Below, in pieces: positions 26,771 to 32,000 of a stretch of 32,000 nt of DNA; position 1 is the first letter of the stretch; every line of letters starts with the position of its first letter. Below the pieces are notes generated by a model. The model searched no databases, was not told the origin of the DNA, and worked only from the letters and a program-made list of their open reading frames with translations. Origin of the DNA: Candidatus Hadarchaeota archaeon (GTDB lineage Archaea > Hadarchaeota > Hadarchaeia > Hadarchaeales > Hadarchaeaceae). A program made the position numbers and the translations under genes. The DNA is taken from positions 480,001 to 512,000 of the forward strand of contig CAZETV010000001.1 of the NCBI GenBank assembly GCA_964514965.1. Reading direction: 5' to 3'.

Positions 26771-27192
26771 GCGATCACACTTAACTTGGCGGGTAAGAAT
26801 CGGCCATCCTCGTAGAGTGCGCACGCCACCGCCAACGAACATCTCGCCTTATCCTCGGGTGGGGCTAAACCATAGGGTCCGAGAATATATTCGCTCCCAG
26901 CCTCGTAGCTCACCGAAACCAAAAAATCAAAGTTTTCACCACCAATCTCCCAGCGGGTGGGACAATTTTCAAGTTTCTCAGGATCAATCGAGTACATGTG
27001 CAACTTTTCATCGTTGTCTACATACGCCAGTTCCTCTACAGATAGGCGGGTGACGATTGCTGACGTGACATCAGTTAGCTCAGTGAGCGCAGAGATGGTA
27101 CGGTGTTGTTGGTAAGCAGAGACGGTCACAAGCAAGAAAGAGATAACAAGAATGCATGTAGTAAGTGTTTTCAGGATTTGGGTTAGTGTCAT
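26758..27192 (-). CDS. N-terminally membrane-anchored protein (144 aa), unknown family
   Basis: The N-terminus is MTLTQILKTLTTCILVISFLLVTVSAY, followed by a soluble domain. The start overlaps the upstream gene stop by 4 nt. Confidence 0.6.
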   Translation of the reverse strand: MTLTQILKTLTTCILVISFLLVTVSAYQQHRTISALTELTDVTSAIVTRLSVEELAYVDNDEKLHMYSIDPEKLENCPTRWEIGGENFDFLVSVSYEAGSEYILGPYGLAPPEDKARCSLAVACALYEDGRFLPAKLSVIAWRA

Positions 27193-27542
27193 TTGCTCAC
27201 CACGACTGAATTATCTTCAAGCGTTACTGTTAGCACGTATGAACCTTCGCTGAGTTCTTGGCCTATTAATTGTATCGAGTACCCATTTTCTGGGACTTCG
27301 AAACCGTTTATTGCCACACGTTGATTTTCAAACTTGATTTTGTAACCGCTAGGCACAGTAATCTCAACGGTTTGTGGGTTTCCGGTCGCAATCGCTGCTT
27401 GAACACCGTTGTTCAGTTCAAGTGCAGCGTCCCTTGCTCTACGCTCGCGGTCGAGTCCTTGAAGGAACTGGTACCCTAAAATGAATATCGAAACTACGAA
27501 AGCGGCAAGTATCACGAGCGCAAGGGTCCTGAAAGCGGGCAT
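27189..27542 (-). CDS. Small N-terminally anchored protein (117 aa), paralog of 15754..16116
   Basis: The N-terminus MPAFRTLALVILAAFVVSIFILGY is followed by a beta-rich domain. See the paralog comparison at 15754..16116. Confidence 0.65.
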   Translation of the reverse strand: MPAFRTLALVILAAFVVSIFILGYQFLQGLDRERRARDAALELNNGVQAAIATGNPQTVEITVPSGYKIKFENQRVAINGFEVPENGYSIQLIGQELSEGSYVLTVTLEDNSVVVSK

Positions 27543-27547
27543 ACTTT

Positions 27548-28006
27548 CTAGCCTACGATAGTCAGCTGAAATGTTGTGCTCTTTGTGGTACCGTCTTCGC
27601 CCGTCACACGGATACTTATCGTGATGGCGTCTGGCTCGGCAGTATTATCGACGCTTATGGTCATGATCGAATCGAACTCTGGGGTGCTGCTCTGAGGAGA
27701 GAAACTTACGCTAACTCCAGTTGGCATTCCAGTCGCGCTGAGCGTCACCTGCTTGTCGTAACCCAGCACTGATTGGACGGTGACTTGCGCAGTAATCGTA
27801 TTCTCGCTAGTTGTTGGTTTTCCAATCGTTTCACTCGTGGGCGAGACGTTTACGCTAAAGCTAAGAGTCTCCTGCGCGCCTATGCCCACCTGCTGGTAAA
27901 GCGTCACTCCTATACCCAGCCCCACAGCGAGCAAGATTATGCCCGCCATGATTTTCATCACGGTAGGTTCTACCCCTACTTCATCCTCCAATAACCCCTT
28001 CACCAT
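27548..28006 (-). CDS. Candidate archaeal type IV pilin-like / surface filament subunit with C-terminal Ig-like (CARDB/PKD-like) beta domain
   Basis: ATG 28006 is preceded by GGAGGT at a 5-nt spacing; the track starts 2 codons earlier at TTG. The N-terminus MVKGLLEDEVGVEPTVMKIMAGIILLAVGLGIGVTLY resembles the archaeal flagellin/pilin N-terminal domain (compare ..RGVSPVIGVILMVAITV..). The C-terminus has alternating beta pattern QVTLSATGMPTGVSVSFSPQSS...ITISIRVTGEDGTTKSTTFQLTIV. Confidence 0.6.
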   Translation of the reverse strand: MVKGLLEDEVGVEPTVMKIMAGIILLAVGLGIGVTLYQQVGIGAQETLSFSVNVSPTSETIGKPTTSENTITAQVTVQSVLGYDKQVTLSATGMPTGVSVSFSPQSSTPEFDSIMTISVDNTAEPDAITISIRVTGEDGTTKSTTFQLTIVG

Positions 28007-28040
28007 GCTCAACCTCCATAGCTTACTTTTCGATCTTTAA

Positions 28041-28060
28041 AGCATTAAATTAATAATGCT
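28041..28060. promoter_or_regulatory. A/T-rich inverted repeat in the divergent pilin-operon / glmM promoter region
   Basis: The sequence AGCATTA-AATTAA-TAATGCT has 7-bp perfect arms and a 6-bp spacer. It lies 35-55 nt upstream of the pilin-like gene ATG and next to CTTTAAAG. It could be a TATA/BRE region, an operator, or both. Confidence 0.3.
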
Positions 28061-28236
28061 TGTTCAATAAAAACTATTGGTCCACCGGTACATTCAACAT
28101 CAAAATTATTTTTGAGTTTAACTCATGTGTTTTGTTCACGAAATAACAACGATCCCACAATTTTTTTAATGGCATGAAAAAATAACTATGGGCGATTCAC
28201 ATCCCTAAAATATTCGGAACATTCGGAGTTCGCGGC

Positions 28237-29568
28237 GTGGCCAATCAAGAACTCACGCCCGAGTTTGGGTTTGAGGTGGGGCTCGCTCTCGCCACCTACA
28301 TTAAAGGAAATGGAAGGGTTGCAGTCGGTTATGACACAAGGACATCAAGCGTGATGTTCGCGCAGGCGATAACTGCTGGAATCATCTCTGGGGGATGTGA
28401 TATGGCCGCCATCGGAACCTCACCAACTCCGGTTTTATCATTTGCAATCCGCCATTTCTCCTGTGATGCCGGAGTGATGATAACGGCATCTCACAATCCG
28501 CCCCAATATAATGGCATCAAGCTCTGGGAATCAGATGGCGGAGCATTTTCCCGCAAAGGGGAAAAAGAAATCGAACGAATAATCTTAGAGAAATCTTGGA
28601 AGCGGGCACCCTGGAATAAAATAGGGAAAATCAGAAAATTCGACGCTCTCACCCCATATATTAAGGGAATTCTAAATCGCATCCCCAAGTTTGAACGGAA
28701 ATTAAAAGTAGTAATAGATTGTGCCAATGCTACGGGAAGTTTGGTCACCCCTAGACTCCTCAGAGAGCTTGGTTGCAAGGTGATCTCGATGAATTGTCAG
28801 ATAGACGGAACTTTTCCAGGAAGAAATCCAGAACCAACTCCAGAAAATACCAAGGAACTCTCAAAAGCCGTGGTGGCCTGCGGTGCTGACCTAGGGATAG
28901 CTCACGACGGAGATGCCGACCGAACCGCTATTGTAAATGAAAAAGGAGAAGTGCTCGCCGGAGACAGGGTGTTCGCGCTGGTGGCCTTTCACCTCCTCCA
29001 AGAAAAGAAAAATCCGAGGATAGTAACAGATATCTCCGCCAGTTCGGTACTAGACGATGTTGCGAGAGAACTGGGCGGAAGTGTTTTAAAAACCCCTGTG
29101 GGCGAGCCCGAGATAGCGCAGGAGATTCGGGAACACGGATGTGACCTAGGCGGGGAGGAGACCGGGAGTGTAATCTTTCCGGACTGGGCTTTATGTAGGG
29201 AAGGGATTATGACCGCTCTGAAGTTCATTGAGCTTCTCGCGCGATCAGGTGAAAAAGTTTCGAATTTTGACCGCACTATACCACAATATTCCTTGATCAA
29301 GCAAAAAATAAAATGTCCGAATGATATCAAAGGACAAGTGTTAAATTTGCTTTCAGAACGGTTCGCCCAGTACAAGCTAAATAGGATAGATGGTTTACGC
29401 GTGAATTTTGATGATGGATGGCTGCTACTTAGACCCTCTGGGACTGAACCAATTTTCAGGTGCTTTTCGGAGGCTAAAAATTCTGAAAGGGCCAAGGAAC
29501 TCGCAGAGCTCGGGATGCGGGAACTTAAGATATGCGCCAAAACCGTGTGCTCTAAGCCAAAAAATTAA
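28237..29568 (+). CDS. glmM: Phosphoglucosamine mutase / phosphomannomutase family (archaeal GlmM-type); the true N-terminus lies upstream of 28237
   Basis: 443 aa from GTG 28237. It has the active-site Ser loop TASHNPPQYNGIKL, the metal loop AHDGDADR, and GEETGSVIF. The same frame is open back to 28186 and encodes the conserved family N-terminus IPKIFGTFGVRG, but with no ATG/GTG/TTG (see finding). Confidence 0.9.
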   Translation: MANQELTPEFGFEVGLALATYIKGNGRVAVGYDTRTSSVMFAQAITAGIISGGCDMAAIGTSPTPVLSFAIRHFSCDAGVMITASHNPPQYNGIKLWESDGGAFSRKGEKEIERIILEKSWKRAPWNKIGKIRKFDALTPYIKGILNRIPKFERKLKVVIDCANATGSLVTPRLLRELGCKVISMNCQIDGTFPGRNPEPTPENTKELSKAVVACGADLGIAHDGDADRTAIVNEKGEVLAGDRVFALVAFHLLQEKKNPRIVTDISASSVLDDVARELGGSVLKTPVGEPEIAQEIREHGCDLGGEETGSVIFPDWALCREGIMTALKFIELLARSGEKVSNFDRTIPQYSLIKQKIKCPNDIKGQVLNLLSERFAQYKLNRIDGLRVNFDDGWLLLRPSGTEPIFRCFSEAKNSERAKELAELGMRELKICAKTVCSKPKN

Positions 29569-29591
29569 ATGCGTCATGTAACCTAACAAAC

Positions 29592-31487
29592 TTATTTTTT
29601 TAGTAATCGTTTGATTTCTTTTCGAAGGAGTTTGCTCACAAGTTGACCATCTGCTTTGCCACGAACTTCTTTCATCACGATGCCCATCAATTTTTTATAC
29701 GATTTTTCTCCTTGCTCCTTGACCATCTCAATATTGTTATCCACAACTCCAGAAACCAAGTCCTTAAGCTCACGTATCGACATCGCTTTAAGGCCAAGCT
29801 CATCCAGAATTTTCTCAACCTTTTCCCGTGGTTTCCTCGCCAAGGCGCTAAGGATTTGGGGGATTGATTCTTTTGTGATTTTCCTGAGCGAGAGGAGTTT
29901 AAACGCGCCCTCCAGATGCGTCTTATTGAGATTTTCGACTGGAACCCCCTCTCTTCGAAGGCTTACCAGTGTTTCTTCTAAAGTGGAAGCAACTAACGTG
30001 GGGTCTACACGATATTTTTTTACTATATCTTCAAACAGGACAACATTTTCTGAAAGGCTTATGCGGCCGGCTAAATTTTGACTCAGGCGATATTCTTTGA
30101 TAAATCGCTTAACTTTATTTTCAGGAAGTTCCGATAGTTTACTTTTTATCCTGTTTAATCTATCTCCACTAATTGGAATTGGCGGGATGTCCGTTTCCGG
30201 GTACATTCGCTCTGCACCCGGCAGCGGGCGCATGAATTCTGTGTTTCCATCGCGCAGAGCTCGGCGTGTCTCCTCCGGTACACCTCGGAGTGCTTGGTTC
30301 GCCCTATCTACAACAGCTTTTAACGCAATTTCTGTTCTTTCTTTATCACCTACCACGAGCACGACGGCATCGTACTCCGCAGCTCCGATCGTGCTTCTCA
30401 GTTTATCGGTCTCTTCTTCTGAAATTCCATACCCGGGCAGCTCATCCGTGTGGAAAATGCCTCCAACCTTTCCGTAAAGTCTTGCATGGTCCGCGAGTTC
30501 CGTGCCAAATCTACGTCCCGGTTGAAGTTCCCTGCCGAGAATACTCGCAAATTTGGGTAATTTTACTGCGAGCGCCCTCCCTCCAGTTCCAATCTCCCCG
30601 CGGACGACGCCGGAATTGGTACAGGAAAAAATCTCTGTGACATCGGTGCCCTTCCATTCCACTTTTTCTACTCCCCTTCGTCTCAATTCATCACGAATTT
30701 CCAGTAGGACAAGCTGTCTTTTCACCTCTCGCTTGATAACCTCAGAGATCAGCGAGAGTTCCTGCACCCCTTTAATCTCCTGACGTGCACCGTCTGCGAC
30801 TGAGATGTTTATGTCCTGACGAATAGTCCCAATCCCCCGCTTGACCTTCCCGGTTGCCCGTAGAATCTGTCCGATATGCAGAGCTGCCTTCGCTGGTGTC
30901 TCGGGGTCTGAGAAATCCGGTCCGGTAGCAATCTCGACGAGCGGAATGCCCAGCCTATCCAGCCGGTAATTCGCGTACTTTGTATTTTCATCCATCTTCC
31001 TAGCAGCATCTTCCTCCAGACAGATTGTTGATATCCTGAAACTCTTGCCGTCGGTCTCAACCCGCCCATCTAGGGCTACTAAGGCAGTACGCTGGAAACC
31101 GCATGTGTTACTGCCATCTATTACTATCTTGCGCATCGTGTGAACCTCGTCTACCTGCTTGGCCCCGAGCAGTAACGCCACCTCAAGGACTATGTTGAGC
31201 GCTTCCTCGTTGATGGGGTGTGGTGGTTCATCATCCAGCTCTACAAGACACGTGCTGTCTGGATAAACTTGATACACAAACCCTTTACCTTTCAGAACTT
31301 CTGCCAGCGCGGCACGGTCCACTGCCCCCATCTCACTCTGTGTCGGGCGCAGTCTCCGCATCACCTTCAGCGACGGTTCCTCCTCGCGCAGTATTGAGGG
31401 ACAGTTACAGAACAGCTTGTGGGTATGGAGTTCCTGATGTATTTCAAACCCGACACGCAGGCCGAGTTTTTCGTATCTAAGCGCCAT
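29592..31487 (-). CDS. gatE: Glutamyl-tRNA(Gln) amidotransferase subunit E
   Basis: 631 aa. The archaeal-specific GatE pattern is YEKLGLRVGFEIHQEL.T.KLFCNC, LEEDAARK, PETDIPPI. A C-terminal YqeY-like tail is present (KSYKKLMGIVMKEVRGKADGQLVSKLL). Confidence 0.95.
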   Translation of the reverse strand: MALRYEKLGLRVGFEIHQELHTHKLFCNCPSILREEEPSLKVMRRLRPTQSEMGAVDRAALAEVLKGKGFVYQVYPDSTCLVELDDEPPHPINEEALNIVLEVALLLGAKQVDEVHTMRKIVIDGSNTCGFQRTALVALDGRVETDGKSFRISTICLEEDAARKMDENTKYANYRLDRLGIPLVEIATGPDFSDPETPAKAALHIGQILRATGKVKRGIGTIRQDINISVADGARQEIKGVQELSLISEVIKREVKRQLVLLEIRDELRRRGVEKVEWKGTDVTEIFSCTNSGVVRGEIGTGGRALAVKLPKFASILGRELQPGRRFGTELADHARLYGKVGGIFHTDELPGYGISEEETDKLRSTIGAAEYDAVVLVVGDKERTEIALKAVVDRANQALRGVPEETRRALRDGNTEFMRPLPGAERMYPETDIPPIPISGDRLNRIKSKLSELPENKVKRFIKEYRLSQNLAGRISLSENVVLFEDIVKKYRVDPTLVASTLEETLVSLRREGVPVENLNKTHLEGAFKLLSLRKITKESIPQILSALARKPREKVEKILDELGLKAMSIRELKDLVSGVVDNNIEMVKEQGEKSYKKLMGIVMKEVRGKADGQLVSKLLRKEIKRLLKK

Positions 31488-31609
31488 ATCACCGCCCGAT
31501 CAATTTTTGATTGTGTAATATTTCAGTAAATAGATTGACCCACCCATCCCAATACTCTAACTTTTTAGGAAAAGATAGTTGCGTCTAATGAGGGACGAAC
31601 TTGGACGAA

Positions 31610-32000
31610 ATGGTCAAAATAGCCCTGATTCCGGCCCTGATGTTTTTGGGCATCGCGCTGAAGAAGACCAAGCTGGGCCTGAAGGCCTCGCATCTAGAGT
31701 TATTAATCATCTATTTCACCGCCCCTATATTGATGTTCACAGAGATGCTGAAAATAGAACTCGACAGCTTTTCTCTCGGAAGCATCGCTGGGGTATCCTT
31801 GGCTTTCTTAGCGCTCTGTTTCTCGGTGAGCTATGGGTTATCGAGAAAATTCACGGGGCGAGCAAAGGGCACAATAGTTTTCAACTCAACTTTTTTTAAC
31901 TCGATGTTCCTGCCATTTCCGCTAATTTACGCGTTCTACGGTGACCTTTCCATCGCCTTACTCTTCAGCCTGCCGATATTGATCGTTCACAATACCCTCG
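31610..32000 (+). CDS. AEC (auxin efflux carrier) family membrane transporter, N-terminal 130 codons; runs off the right edge
   Basis: The frame from ATG 31610 reads MVKIALIPALMFLGIALKKTKL...LIIYFTAPILMF...TIVFNSTFFNSMFLPFPLIYAFYGDLSIALLFSLPILIVHNTL. It is hydrophobic and AEC-like. It is absent from the track because no stop lies in the window, and it replaces the implausible track ORF at 31579..31899. Confidence 0.7.
   Translation, partial: MVKIALIPALMFLGIALKKTKLGLKASHLELLIIYFTAPILMFTEMLKIELDSFSLGSIAGVSLAFLALCFSVSYGLSRKFTGRAKGTIVFNSTFFNSMFLPFPLIYAFYGDLSIALLFSLPILIVHNTL

Noticed and set aside
28989-30640. Long antisense ORFs inside glmM and gatE (for example 28989..29540(-), 29656..30081(+), 30097..30477(+), 30266..30640(+))
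   Set aside because: They are shadow ORFs opposite or out of frame with high-confidence CDSs. Their translations are Ser/Pro/Arg-rich with no motifs.
31579-31899. 106-aa ORF at the right end
   Set aside because: A different frame starting at ATG 31610 encodes a clean hydrophobic AEC-transporter N-terminus that continues to the window edge. The tracked frame is hydrophilic nonsense.
1-32000. CRISPR arrays, IS elements/transposases, integrases, rRNA or prophage content
   Set aside because: I saw no regularly spaced direct repeats, no terminal inverted repeats flanking a transposase-like ORF, and no integrase or capsid-like ORFs. The window looks like core chromosome apart from the filament-like modules.

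Overview
This is an archaeal chromosomal segment of roughly 50% G+C, gene-dense, with many 4-29 nt start/stop overlaps and frequent GTG/TTG starts. Archaeal origin is supported by nop5-fibrillarin, GatE, the RFC large subunit, Mre11-Rad50, A/T-box promoters about 25 nt upstream of starts, and oligo-T terminators. The lineage cannot be assigned from sequence alone. Most genes are housekeeping: pdxS/pdxT, a split molybdenum-cofactor set (moaC-moaB-moeA, and a second moeA-mobB-moaA), glnA, a CDF metal exporter, truA, an orphan DNA methyltransferase co-oriented with rfcL, mre11-rad50, a GlmM/PMM-family mutase, gatE and a partial AEC transporter. The best candidate for new biology is a dispersed type-IV-filament-like apparatus. 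It has a very divergent FlaI/PilB-type ATPase with two N-terminal Cys4 clusters and apparently degenerate nucleotide-binding motifs. It also has an overlapping 660-aa FlaJ/TadC-like polytopic membrane protein. Two paralogous modules of small N-terminally anchored proteins lie at 14.1-16.1 kb and 26.3-28.0 kb, including a pilin-like protein with an Ig-like C-terminal domain. All parts are wedged between Moco and DNA-repair genes. Secondary leads are a ~214-nt G-rich promoter-to-terminator unit with closing helix (unidentified ncRNA candidate), a GlmM gene whose conserved N-terminus lies upstream of any canonical in-frame start, a MobB fused to an RnfB-type Fe-S motif, and a 41-nt near-identical patch shared by the two moeA paralogs. 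No CRISPR array, rRNA, convincing tRNA or mobile element was seen.
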